A stretch of DNA of 64,000 nucleotides from Macrostomum lignano (taxonomy: Eukaryota), in the NCBI GenBank assembly GCA_002269645.1, contig NIVC01003554.1:1-64000 (forward strand). The letters are read 5' to 3'. The position numbers and the translations under genes were made by a program. The notes under the pieces are model-generated. The model worked only from the letters and a program-made list of their open reading frames with translations, ran no database searches and was not told the origin of the DNA. This document shows positions 33,150 through 47,200 of the stretch, in pieces; the first letter of the stretch is position 1; every line of letters starts with the position of its first letter.

Positions 33150-33909
33150 GAAGCAAGCTGATAATAAATAGGGAAATCGCCGAGCTAACCAAACAGGGCC
33201 ACAAAAGACGCAGAAACAAGCATAGCGATTTTGCAAAACTAAATTAAAAAACCGCGCGTATCCTGCGAGCAAAAAGGGTAAGACTTCAAAACCGTTGTTC
33301 TGTAATTTTGTTTCTTTTTTTTGAACGACAAATTTCTCAAATGGTTTGCTTCTTAGCTACTTTATAGTCCTGAGATGGCGCCCCGCTTACTCCCCTTTAG
33401 TGGCGCTCAGCTTATTCCACTCTGAATCTGATGACGCCCCCCTTACTCGACTCTGACTCTAATGACGCCCCGCTTATTCTACTCTGGTGGCGCTCCGCTT
33501 ACTCCACTCTGACTCTAATGACGCCCAACTTACTCTACTATGATTGCAAGCCCGCTAACTTTATTCTGATGGCGCCCCGTTTACTTCGTTCCGATAGCGC
33601 CCCGCTTACTCTACTTTAGTGGCGCCCTCCTTATTCTGCTGTGGTGGCGCTCCGCTTACTCCACTCTGACTCTAATGACGCCCTGCTTATTCTACTATGG
33701 TGGCGCTCCGCTTACTCTAATCTGACTCCAATGACGCCCCGCTTATTCTACTCTGATTGCAAGCCCGTTTACTTCATTCTGATGGCGCCTTGCTTACTTC
33801 ACACTGATTCTAATGGCGCCCCGCTTACTCTACTCTGATGGCGCCCCGCTTACTAGCACACTATAGCTCGTATACTGCAAAATCAGGTTTCTATCATTTA
33901 ATTTCACAG
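33150..33909 (+). other. Putative ARID3 5' UTR exon end and intron (donor 33277, acceptor 33909)
   Basis: Strong donor AAGG|GTAAGA at 33277 and acceptor tttaatttcacag| 25 nt before the ATG at 33935; no transcript evidence. Confidence 0.45.
33370..33855. repeat. Degenerate ~25-bp GGCGCC-core minisatellite (atggcgccccgcttactctactctg)
   Basis: Tandem degenerate units. Confidence 0.85.
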
Positions 33910-33934
33910 CTTACAGAGAAGTAAACAAAACTCG

Positions 33935-36900
33935 ATGGAGCAGCAAGAACCGGTAGAGCAGCAGCAGAGGCCTTCCACACCGCCCCACACACCTTGTTCG
34001 GTTGCCGACGAGAACGCGGAGCACTCTGATCTCCTGCACCGCAACGACCAACTTCAATTGCAGGATCTGCGGTTGCCAAAAGCTACGAAAAAATCACGCG
34101 ATTTCCTAACTAGCAGAGATTTCATGCAGCACCAGCAGCACCAGCAGCAGCACAATCATCAAGAGTTCCTCATGATGACCAGCTTCTTAAAGGCGAGAGC
34201 CGCCGCCGCTGCCGCCAGCTCGAATGGCAACCAGGAAGCCCTGGCTCTGCCTCCGCCGCCGCCACCGCCACAGCCGCATCCGCATCCGTTCCCTCTGTTT
34301 CCGCATCTACTGGGACATCCGCAACTACCGCTGCTGCCAATGCTGCCGCCGCCTCTGCCGCCTCCGTCATCGTCAGCGCAAGGGTTTCAACAGCCACGCC
34401 AAGATCAACCGTCGAATAGGCGTCATCATCAGCAGGAGCAGCCTTGTCAAGACGGTCATCCATCAGTGCTGGAATCCAACCGGCGCAACTTCGTGCTAGA
34501 CAGGCGAGCCAACAACGACGATTTCAACGAGTTCTACGCCGAGAGACAGCTCCTGATGCCGATGGACGACGAGATGGAGGACAACGCGGATGAGGATACA
34601 ACGGACCAGAGGACGAGCCACGCTGCCGAAGGTGCGAGCGACTACTGCAGCGAGCGAAGCCCCCCGCCACATCCGTTGTCGTCTGGGAAAGCGTCACCGG
34701 AAGGCAGCGACTCCAACACGGCCGGAGGGCAGCAGTGGACATTCGAAGAGCAGTTTAAACAGGTCAGCAAACTTTATGATAGTAATTCAGAAGATTTCAT
34801 TGTTGAGAGCCTCATACCCTTTGGAAGTATCATGCAACAATGACTCGTAGTTGTATTACATGTAGGTATCAAAGTGTGACACACCCTCGAAATGTCGCAT
34901 CCTCAAGGTGTCACAACTGTTACATCCTCGAAATGTCGCATCCTCAAGGTGTCACAACTGTTACATCCTCGAAATGTCGCATCCTCAAGGTGTCACAACT
35001 GTTACATTCTCAAGATTTCACATCCATAAAGACTCACAACCTACCTCAAATGTGTGTAATCATCAAAGTACCTTAGATCTTGTTATTATCAAATTGACTA
35101 ATTGTTAAACATTTTCTCAACAATCCCCAATAAGTGACACGCCAAACACTCGCAGGTGTCACGGACCCAGCCTAAAAATATTTCAAATATTTAAACATTG
35201 ATAATAAAATCTAACAGTTTGAAAGACACTAAAGCACAGCGCTTTGTTTTGAAGTTCAGTTTGTCTAGCATAAAACTTCAAGTGCTGCAAAACTTACTAA
35301 TATCAGCAAGCCGACAAGATCAACTAAGAAGCCGTATAAGTACTAAGAAGCCAGCATCTAAAGAAAACAAAAACAATAAGTGACACAAAAAAATCTAAAA
35401 TATAGTCTTTGTTTGGGTTTTTAATTCCCAGTCGAAATGACAGAGGTATTCCAGACCTTCAACAGCACGGAGTTTATCACCCAACTGGGAGTTTCTGCAT
35501 GGGTATTTCTCGCTGCAGCTGGGGGTCCAAAGCCAAGATTGTAAATTGGTTCAACCATCTTCTTTCTGTGGCTGCATAAGGCTTTCTCTCTCTGTCTCTG
35601 GAGTTGGCTAATTTACAGCGCAAGCCGTAGGACTTTTCTTGAAAATTTCTAAGAAAATAAATACGGTAGGATAAGCAAGTTTACTCTATCGTCCGCGTTA
35701 TCAGTGAAAATGAGGGTGTTTGGGCCTCAGGGTTTCACTGAAAATGAGGGTGTTTGGGCCTCAGGGTTTCACTGAAAATGAAGGTGTTTGGGCCTCAGGG
35801 TTTCACTGAAAATGAGGGTGTTTTGGCCTCAGGGTTTCACTGAAAATGAGGGTGTTTGGGCTACAGAGTTTCACTGAAAATGAGGGTGTTGTGGCCATAG
35901 AATTTCAGTGAAAATAAGGTGTTTTGACCACAGAGTTTCAGAGAAAATGAGGGTGTTTGGGCCACAGAGTTTCACTGAAAATGAGGGTGTTGTGGCCATA
36001 GAATTTCAGTGAAAATAAGGTGTTTTGACCACAGAGTTTCAGAGAAAATGAGGGTGTTTGGGCCACAGAGTTTCACTGAAAATGAGGGTGTTGTGGCCAT
36101 AGAATTTCAGTGAAAATAAGGTGTTTTGACCACAGAGTTTCAGAGAAAATGAGGGTGTTTGGGCCACAGAGTTTCACTGAAAATGAGGGTGTTGTGGCCA
36201 TAGAATTTCAGTGAAAATAAGGTGTTTTGACCACAGAGTTTCAGAGAAAATGAGGGTGTTTGGGCCACAGAGTTTCACTGAAAATGAGGGTGTTGTGGCC
36301 ATAGAATTTCAGTGAAAATAAGGTGTTTTGACCACAGAGTTTCAGAGAAAATGAGGGTGTTTGGGCCACAGAGTTTCACTGAAAATGAGGGTGTTTTGGC
36401 CACAGAGTTTCACTGAAAATGAGGGTGTTTTGGCCACAGAGTTTCACTGAAAATGAGGGTGTTTTGGCCACAGAGTTTCAGTTAAAATGAAGGTGTTTGG
36501 CCACAGAGTTTCTGTGACTCCAGGTCCAGTTTTAGCTCTCCAATATCTCTACAAGCTAATATTATAATACCTTTATCTTATATACTCGTACGATCGTATA
36601 TATAGAGTAATTTTATGCGCCAGGGCTAAACTTAGTCATACCAAAGTTTAGTACGGGCAAGATGATGGCAGCTCCAGCTAAGGTTTCTCTATAGACTGAC
36701 TGGCTTTAACGTGTATCCAGCAGCCACAGCTGCACACTTGCTTGTCAGTCGCTAAGCCAGTTTTTTCATCATCATCATCATTATCATCAGCGGCATCTTG
36801 TGGCGTGGCAATTAAATCATTTATCCGGCTGCGCCTTGGGGGTTGGGCAATTCTTGTACGACTTGCCTCTGTTGTTTGAAGCCTTTTGGACCTCCACGCC

Positions 36901-38174
36901 GGCAGGATACAAAAAGAAAATAAAGAACAAGAAGCTTTAGGCCAGGGGTTTTTACACCCGAATGGCCGCAAACATTTTTAGGGCCCGAATCTCTGAGGTT
37001 TGAATCTGAATTTTGCCTTATAATGAATTCATTAAGTTGGAAGTTTCAGCACTGAACGATACTTTTATTTGGCAATGGAAACAAGTCTTTTATTTTGATT
37101 TTGGCGCCCTAAAATTCTTGTGTTAGCGCCCCAAACCCTAATTTCTGATTTTTTTGCCCCCCCCCCCACGAATTCCAAGTTTTGGCGCCCCTCCCAATTC
37201 CTGGCTTTGGCGCCCCCCCCAATTCCTGGTTTTTGCGCCCCCAAATTCTAGTGTTAGCGCCCCAAACCTTAATTTCTGATTTTTTTGCCCCCCACCAATT
37301 CCTGGTTTTGGCGCCCCTCCCAATTCCTGGTTTTGCCCCCCCCCCAATTCTTGGTTTTGGCGCCTCCCCCCCAATTCCTGGTTTTGGCGCCCCCCCCCCA
37401 ATTCCTGGTTTTGGTGCCCCCATTCCTGGTTTTGGTGCCCCCCATTCCTGGTTTTGCCCCCCCCCCAATTCCTGGTTTTGGTGCCCCCCCCCAATTCCTG
37501 GTTTTGGCGCCCCTCCCAATTCCTGGTTTTGCCCCCCCCCAATTCCTGGTTTTGGTGCCCCCCCCCATTCCTGGTTTTGGCGCCCCCCCCAATTCCTGGT
37601 TTTGGTGCCCCCCCCATTCCTGGTTTTGGCGCCCCCCCCCCAATTCCTGGTTTTGCCCCCCCCAATTCCTGATTTTGGTGCCCCCCCATTCCTGGTTTTG
37701 GCGCCCCCCCCCCAATTCCTGGTTTTGCCCCCCCCAATTCCTGGTTTTGGTGCCCCCCCCATTCCTGGTTTTGGCGCCCCCCCCCCAATTCCTGGTTTTG
37801 CCCCCCAATTCCTGGTTTTGGTGCCCCCCCCATTCCTGGTTTTGGCGCCCCCCCCCAATTCCTGGTTTTGGCGCCCCCCCCCAATTCCTGGTTTTGGCGC
37901 CCCCCCCCCAATTCCTGGTTTTGGCGCCCCCCCCGATTCCTGATGCTGGGGCAAATGTTAATTTTTAAGGTTATTTACCTATAAATGATGACTGTTGGCG
38001 TGTCGCAGTAACGGTCGGCCACTGCTGGCTTCAACCCACCGAACTATACCACTTTCTTTAACAACATCAATCACCCCGGTTTTCAACTTATATAGTTTAC
38101 AACTTTTTTGTTGCAGGCACTGAATTTGAAAAAAATGATTTGTTCATAAACTTTGCTTGTGCGGCACTGTTGAG

Positions 38175-38206
<32 letters not shown>

Positions 38207-41200
38207 CAGGACAATGCAGATACGCGCATTATTCGGAAAGATTGTCAGAAATTGTCACTGCCAACAACGATGATGACAAGAGAACAGCGGTCTAAAGTGT
38301 GTTACACAGATATATATATCATATATGTACAGCGCATATTGATTGATTACTGATATAAATGTCACGATATGCTAGAAGTGGTGTGCTGACCCTTCGGCCT
38401 GCATAGTAACTGAACGCAAGGCCACTAGAAACTTCGAAAGTGTGTATGTGTGCACGCATATAGATATTGATAGATAGATGAATTGTAGTAGTTTGGTCAG
38501 AAGAGATAAACCAGACGATAGGATAGATAGATCGGTAGATAGATAGAAACGGTGCTTACAAATTGTTTATTACAACATCAATGAATTTACAGTGACTTCG
38601 CTAGTTCATAATTCAAATCAACTCCGTGAAGTTTCGTAGAACAGAATTCAAAGTCGGTTGCGAAAATCTACTAAAAAAATGGCCAAAGAGCCAAGATGAA
38701 GTATCTAAACCATTGCGAGATGAGAGAGGAATAGAGGGAATGGTGGAGAGAGACGGAGAAAGAGGAGATGAAAAAATGGAGGATGATGGGGGATGAGAGT
38801 TGCGAGGAGAGAGTATATATATATAGTAAATAGGATTGCTATTGTGAAGTTTCAAATGACCCCTGCGAGGGCCGCATAGGGAGGCTTCGAGGACAGAATT
38901 TTTGTTAAGCAATAAACAATTTCCGTGGTCCCGTTTCTAAACTGTGAGAGACAGTGATCTAGATCTAAACCAATGTTTGTGCGTTTTAAACATGTCAAGA
39001 TTTAAAAAAAACTAAAGACAATGCTTATAGGCTGTCCATAGAAAATTTCTTATCTTAACCTGTTAATCTTAGTCTACTGACTGACCAGAAACCAATTTTT
39101 GGTTAGGTTTTTTTAAACTGTCTGTGAAAGTTTCAGTTTGCAGTGATGACACTTCTAACTTCCTATTGGCTCCCAGTTTACTCCTCTTGGCGCTCCTTTC
39201 ACTCATTTTTGCGCCTCTTTCACTCATCTTGGCGCCTCTTTCACTCATCTTGGCGCCTCTTTCACTCATCTTGGCGCCTCTTTCACTCATCTTGGTGCCC
39301 CTTTCACTCATCTTGGCGCCTCTTTCACTCATCTTCTATGCGCCTCTTTCACTCATCTTGGCGCCTCTTTCACTCATCTTGGCGCCTCTTTCACTCATCT
39401 TGGCGCAGCTTTCACTCATCTTCTATGCGCCTCTTTCACTCATCTTGGCGCCTCTTTCACTCATCTTGGCGCCTCTTTCACTCATCTTCTATGCGCCTCT
39501 TTCACTCATCTTGGCGCCTCTTTCACTCATCTTGGCGCCTCTTTCACTCATCTTCTATGCGCCTCTTTCATTCATCTTGGCGCCTCTTTCACTCATCTTG
39601 GCGCCTCTTTCACTCATCTTGGCGCAGCTTTCACTCATCTTGGCGCAGCTTTCACTCATCTTGGCGCAGCTTTCACTCATCTTGGCGCAGCTTTCACTCA
39701 TCTTCTATGCGCCTCTTTCATTCATCTTGGCGCTCCTTTCACTCATTTTTGCGCCCCTTTCACTCATCTTGGCGCCCCTTTCACTCATCTTGGCGCCCCT
39801 TTCACTCATCTTCTATGCGCCTCTTTCATTCATCTTGGCGCCTCTTTCACTCATCTTGGCGCAGCTTTCACTCATCTTGGCGCCTCTTTCACTCATCTTG
39901 GCGCCTCTTTCACTCATCTTGGCGCCTCTTTCACTCATCTTGGTGCCCCTTTCACTCATCTTGGCGCAGCTTTCACTCATCTTGGCGCCTCTTTCACTCA
40001 TCTTGGCGCCTCTTTCACTCATCTTGGCGCAGCTTTCACTCATCTTGGCGCCTCTTTCACTCATCTTGGCGCCTCTTTCACTCATCTTGGCGCCTCTTTC
40101 ACTCATCTTGGCGCAGCTTTCACTCATCTTCTATGCGCCTCTTTCACTCATCTTGGCGCAGCTTTCACTCATCTTGGCGCAGCTTTCACTCATCTTGGCG
40201 CAGCTTTCACTCATCTTGGCGCAGCTTTCACTCATCTTGGCGCAGCTTTCACTCATCTTCTATGCGCCTCTTTCACTCATCTTGGCGCAGCTTTCACTCA
40301 TCTTCTATGCGCCTCTTTCATTCATCTTGGCGCTCCTTTCACTCATTTTTGCGCCCCTTTCACTCATCTTGGCGCCCCTTTCACTCATCTTTTATGCACA
40401 CCTTTCTTGAATGAAATCTTGGCGCCTTTTCACATATCTATATCTTGGCACCCCTTTTAACTTAGTCAGTATCCCTTCCAGTCATCGTCACTTATATTTA
40501 TTGAATCGAACTTGGTTAGAAAATGAAATTAGCATAAAAAACGCTTGCTGCTTTAATTCCGTCTTTTAACAAGTTGTCTAACAATTTTTTTGTGCTTGCA
40601 ATCTTGAAAGGCAAGGGAAGACAAACCCACACGGGAGAGGGGTTGGGTCGTTCGATGGCGCTCTTATTGGTCGGTTGAATTTAATAATTCCGCCGCCCCC
40701 TCCCGCGGCATATCTGACCCAGCAGCCAGCCCCAATCAAATCAAACAGATTTTTAGTATCTCTGTTTTCATTGAAACATCAATAAAATCTCCACTTTTGA
40801 AAACTTTTAAAGCGCGAGTCTGAGATTAGATACGGGGTGGGAAAAGAGATGAGAGAGAAGGGAGGAGGATGAGGGCACACCATATCCCAAAAGCGCTGAC
40901 TCGGTAAATGTACACGAAGTCATTTTAAAAAGTTTTGCTTGCGTATATTTTAGATTCTCAATTCTTTCTCAGGGTGAAAAAAACAAGGGGAACGGAGAAG
41001 GAGAGTAGGAGGAAGAGGGAGAAGGGGGGTGAGGGGAGAGGGAGAGGGAGACGGAGAATGAGGGGAGAGGGAGAGGGAGACGGAGAGTGAGGGGAGAGGG
41101 AGAGGGAGACGGAGAGTGAGGGGAGAGGGATTTTGACTCTTGGATTTGAGTAAATCTGAAGCGGAGCGAGCGAACATAGAGTAAATTGAACAAAGAGCTA

Positions 41201-44200
41201 CCGTGTCCTGATAAATGAGGGAGACCAAGTAAAATGGAATGGGAAAAACGATCATGACAAATCAAAGCACCAGCCCTTGCTTTTTTCCCGGCTGCATTTA
41301 GCAATCCTCAAATTTCCAACCATCCAATTCAGCTTCACGCGAAAAAACACAAATTGTTTCTAAAATACTCAAAATTTCTGGTTGATGGTCTGCTGGGCTG
41401 TTCGCGGCTCCCAGACTCCGGCACACTTGGTTGCGGTTGATTTGGCCAACAAGGATGCGTTCAGTATATATATGCCTATGACTATTAATATTGAAAAGCA
41501 TGCAGGCAAAACAAGGGTGGGCTTCTCAGAAGAAAAAAGCTAATATTCTCGTGCTCAACTCTGCATCTGCAGGAGTGAAAAGAGTTTTTTTCTCTTAAAC
41601 GAAGCTGCCTCTCAGAGCCTGAGTCCACTTGAGCTCATTCGGGGAGTGGCTGAGCTATCTTCACTAACAATAGGAACATCTACTGACATTCTTGCATTGC
41701 GATTGTCTAACAACAACTTCGTACACACATCTCAGTCTCCACTTCAGCCAATCTGCTAATAAGACATGTGACTGATGTGAGTGACACCACAAGGATTTCT
41801 CTACTGCAGTCAGGCCAACAAGCCTTGTGGCTAGGAGTTGAACCTTGCCAACAACAGTTTTGCTAGAAGAACTCTTCGTAGAGAGTCGTAGAAAACTTAA
41901 TACAACAAGGACCATGACACATCAGGTTTATTTTGGCACCCTGAATTCGAACCAAGCTGAATGCAATTTATCTCTACTTTTAAGTTTCATATTTTCTGTA
42001 GTTCATATTTTATGTGAAGCAGCAATCTTATTATAATTATTGGGACTCTCTGGATGTCAGTAATTCCATCAAGTTTGAGCAATCTGTTAACATGGAGTCT
42101 GCAGACAGGAGCGTCGCCATGGATTTTGAGGTGGGAGGAGGGAGGAGGAGCCGAAGGCACTCATTTTGGCGTCGCAGGCACTCATTTTGGCGTCGCAGGC
42201 ACTCATTTTGGCGTCGCAGGCACTCATTTTAGCGTCGCAGGCACACATTTTAGCGTCGCAGGCACTCATTTTGGCGCCGCAGGCACTTATTTTAGCGCCG
42301 CAGGCACTCATTTTGGCGCCGCAGGCACTCATATTAGCGCCGCAGGCATTCATATTAGCGCCGCAGGCACTCATTTTAGCGCCGCAGGCACTCATTTTAG
42401 CGTCGCAGGCACTCATTTTGGCGCCGCAGGCACTTATTTTAGCGCCGCAGGCACTCATTTTGGCGCCGCAGGCACTCATATTAGCGCCGCAGGCATTCAT
42501 ATTAGCGCCGCAGGCACTCATTTTAGCGCCGCAGGCACTCATTTTAGCGCCGCAGGCACTCATTTTGGCGCCGCAGGCACTTATTTTAGCGCCGCAGGCA
42601 CTCATTTTGGCGCCGCAGGCACTCATATTAGCGCCGCAGGCATTCATATTAGCGCCGCAGGCACTCATTTTAGCGCCGCAGGCACTCATTTTAGCGCCGC
42701 AGGCACTCATTTTAGCGCCGCAGGCACTCATTTTAGCGCCGCAGGCACTCATTTTAGCGCCGCAGGCACTCATTTTAGCGCCGCAGGCACTCATTTTAGC
42801 GCCGCAGGCACTCATTTTGGCGCCGCAGGAACTCATTTTAGCGCCGCAGGAACTCATTTTGGCGCCGCAGGCACTCATTTTAGCGCCGCAAGCGTTCATT
42901 TTGGCGCCACAGGCGCTATATATTGTCGCCCTGAAGCAAAATGATTGATTTACATAACGGGTCCCAAGATGGTTTGGGGAGGACAAAGCATTCGCATGTC
43001 CCCCATAGCTTTTGTACTGGGCCCCTGTCTGCAGACTTTTGCAACTGCTGATATCTTATTTGATTTCTAACTTCATTTACTGATTCTGAATTTGGACCCA
43101 GAATTTCAAACTGGCACAGCGATTCTGACGCTTTAAAAACCAAGCTTAATCTCTCCCCCCTCAGACATGGCGCCCCATCTTTCTCAGGGATGATAAACAT
43201 GTGTTTTTTGTCTTTCCACAAAATTCAGCTCAAGTTTTCCCAGCTCCACAGAATATATCAATTTAGCAAGCTTGCACGCAGCTGGGCAAGCAGAAACAGT
43301 CGCCGAAGACAATGCAGGGGAGAAATCAACCCATGGCAGGCACCCAAGCTGCAGACAGATTTCAATTTGCTTGCAGATATTTTCCCTTCCCACTAAGCTG
43401 TATAAGCAGAGTGATATTTAGAAGATTCTCAAGTGTGCATAGTGTTAGCTTGCATCATGGTGACGAGGTCGGGTGAGCAGAGACAGGAGCGTTGCAGCTA
43501 TTAAAAATTATTAGAAACAACGAATACGAAATTTAATCGCCCCAGAACCAACACCTTGCGCGCGTGCTTTGTATGCACAGTTGGCTTTTTTGCCGAAGCC
43601 ATGCAGCATCAACAGAGATTGTTGAAGCTCCTGCACATCTGTTTTGATTCTTTTTTCCAATTCTGACAAGACAAAGCAAAATGAGTACCCGAGAATCGGA
43701 ACTTATTTGTTAGTTGGATGGAAGTAATTAGGCCACGAATTTCAGCCATGCACGAATCACAGTGTTATGATGATCACAGTTGAAAAACCTCATCACCTAA
43801 GAATCTTTCTTAGAGAATCACACTTTAGAAGGTACATCTTAAAGAATCACACCTTGAGAATCATACCTTGAGAATGACACTTTGAGAATCACACATTAAG
43901 AATCACACCTTTAGAAACACCTTGAGAGTCACACTTAAAGAATTACACTTAAAGAATTACACTTAAAAAAGAATTACATTTAAAGAATTACACTTAAAGA
44001 ATCACACTTTAAGATTCACACTTTGAGAATCACACCTTAAGAATCACACTTTGAGAATTGCATCTTGAGAATCACACCTTGAGAATCACAACTTAAGAAT
44101 CACACCTTGAGAATCACACATTAAGAATCACACCTTTAGAAACACCTTGAGAGTCACACTTAAAGAATTACACTTAAAGAATTACACTTAAAGAATTACA

Positions 44201-47200
44201 CTTAAAGAATCACACTTTAAGAATCACACCTTGAGAATCACACATTAAGAATCACACTTTGAGAATCACACCTTAAGAATGACACTTTGAGAATCACATC
44301 TTCAGAATCACAACTTGAGAATCAAACCTTGAGAATCACACATTAAGAATCACACCTTTAGAAACACCTTGAGAGTCACACTTAAAGAATTACACTTAAA
44401 GAATCACACCTTGAGAATCACACATTAAGAATCACACCTTTAGAAACACCTTGAGAGTCACACTTAAAGAATTACACTTAAAGAATTACACTTGAAGAAT
44501 TACACTTAAAGAATCACACTTTAAGAATCACACCTTGAGAATCACACCTTAAGAACCAAACCTTGAGAATCACACTTTGAGAAGCAAACCTTGAGAATCA
44601 CACCTTAAGAATCACACCTTAAGAACCAAACCTTGAGAATCACACTTTGAGAAGCAAACCTTGAGAATCACACCTTAAGAAACAAACCCTGAGAATCACA
44701 CATTGAGAATCACTTCTGAAGAATCGAACCGATACATGCATATATGTAAAAAGTCGACAAAGTTAATTTAAAATTAATCACCCACAATAACTCAGCCAAA
44801 AACGAAAGACATTTCCAAGAACTACCGGCCACCAAGAAGGCAGCAAAGAAAAAAAGAAAATGGTTCATTCTCTTTAGCAGAATTTTTTCTACGCTAACAG
44901 AAATTTCGTGTCACCCCAAATAGTGTGCAGCGGTGTTTCGCCTGGCGACGGGGCACCATGGGACAAGAAAGGCATGGCAACTGGCTGTGTTACGAGGATA
45001 AAGGAAAACACGATATTCAGCTTAAGTCTGAAACAGAATTTTGTCATTAGTTTACCCGGCGTCTGTCATAAATAATATTGATAGTTTAAGATGACAGGCA
45101 AGAATTTCGAAAGTTTAAAAACTTTAATCTCCATCTGTCTATCTTATCTGTTTGTGCCTGGCAAATTTCAGCTCTACGAATTGTCAGACGAACCGAAAAG
45201 GAAGCAATTTCTGGACGATCTGTTTGCTTTCATGCAGCGCAGAGGTGAGTCTTTCTGTTGCGATCAGTTTAATATTGGCTTGATTTAGCAAATATTTTGA
45301 TGTTGTCATCTTAAGTCTTAATGTCTTATGTCTAATCTATCGACCATTTCTCTGATCTATCTACCTTTTCCTCTGATCTATCTACACCTTTCCTCTGATC
45401 TATGTACTCTTTCCTCTGATCTATCTACCCTTTCCTCTGATCTATCTACCCTTTCCTCTGATCTATCTACCTTTTCCTCTGATCTATCTACCTTTTCCTC
45501 TGATCTATCTACCTTTTCCTCTGATCTATCTACCTTTTCCTCTGATCTATCTACCTTTTCCTCTGATCTATCTACCTTTTCTTCTGATCTATCTACCTTT
45601 TTATCTGATCTATCTACTCTTTCCTATGATCTATCTAACTTTTCATCTGATCTATCTACTCTTTCCTATGATCTATCTAACTTTTCATCTTATCTATCTA
45701 CCTTTTCCTCTGATCTATCTACCTTTTCCTCTGATCTATCTACCTTTTCCTCTGATCTATCTACCTTTTCCTCTGATCTATCTAACTTTTTATCTGATCT
45801 ATCTACTCTTTCCTATGATCTATCTAACTTTTCATCTGATCTATCTACCTTTTCATCTGATCTATCTACCTTTTCTTCTGATCTATCTACTCTTTCCTCT
45901 GATCTATCTAATCTTTCCTCTAATCTATCTACCTTTTCTTCTGATCTATCTACTATTTCTGATCTATCTACCTTTTCATTTGATCTATCTACCTTTTCGT
46001 CTGATCTATCTACTATTTCTGATCTATCTACCTTTTCGTCTGATCTATCTACTATTTCTGATCCATCTATCTTTCCTTTGATCTATCCAACATTTTACCA
46101 ATGCGCCACTCTTTACCAAGACAAAGTTCTATTATATTCTACGAGCCACAATGATCATTAATATTTTCAAGCCAGATGATGAAGAAAAACGAGTGCAGAT
46201 GCCAATCCCGCTTCTTTCTTTTTCACCTCCCTGGGCCAAATTCCCAATGGCGTTAATTAGGTTCGGCCCCGCAGCAGCGTAGATAGCCTGCCAGGTAGGG
46301 CCACACTAAATGGCAAGAGATGGGAAACACAGCACAGCACAAGATGAATCTCCTTTAGCGCAGCAAAGCATGATAGTAAAGTGTATTTTGACCGCCAATG
46401 GCCTAGCCAAGGGTTCCAGGACCACTCGACAATTGGATTGGAAACTAAATTTTACACCTGAATATTATTAAATCGAGCCGAGAAAGTCGAAAAACGTTTA
46501 CAATTACTGTAAATTTGAATTTCGTTGGTTTTAAAAATCAGGAATGTTTCACCTTCAGATCTTGAAGAGATCGATTATAAAGCAACAAGGACCCAGTTAA
46601 TTGGCTTTAGAAGTCGGAACCTAAAAGGTACCAAAGCAGCGAGTTGTGAAACAGGCGCGCTTGTAGAAAATAAACGGCATCAAACAAAGCTTAGAGCCCC
46701 CACCCCCTCCCCGAGTTGTTAAAACGCGAAATTAGAATTGGCAAAACGCATTAACGAACTTATAAGTCCAGTTGTTTCTGTAGTATTTTTGACAAACACT
46801 AAGAAAGCGAAGGAGTATGTGTGCAACAGCCAAAAATAATTCCTGATATTAGTCGAACAACTGTTGGGGTTTCAACAAAGAAAGACGGTTGTTTTGTCAC
46901 ACAGACTTGGCAAAATGCGAATGGATATCCTTCACGCTCGTAATTACCTTGGGTCACTTCATTCCGTCTTAACGCGGCTCGGAAGTTTTCTTCAGAACAC
47001 GCATAATTTCTTACGCCAATCCTTCACCGCGACTTTAATTAAACAAACAATGTTCATTTTTGGGCTTTGCTTGTCTTTGTATCATTCACCAAGTTTAACT
47101 TCGTTTTCGTTTCGGAAACTAAGCGGAGACACACCGACTGACTCGAATGCAACGCGGATGGCGCTTATCAATCTTCATTAGTATAAAAAATCTGCTTATG

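Noticed and set aside
41660-43400. Short ORFs flanking the hAT element
   Set aside because: No recognisable domain motifs or consistent splice sites.
37109-46161. Collagen-like or antifreeze-like repeat ORFs (GGAPKPG, APLSLIL, AAGTHFS, SSDLSTF)
   Set aside because: All coincide with DNA-level minisatellites inside ARID3 introns and are open in several frames on both strands.
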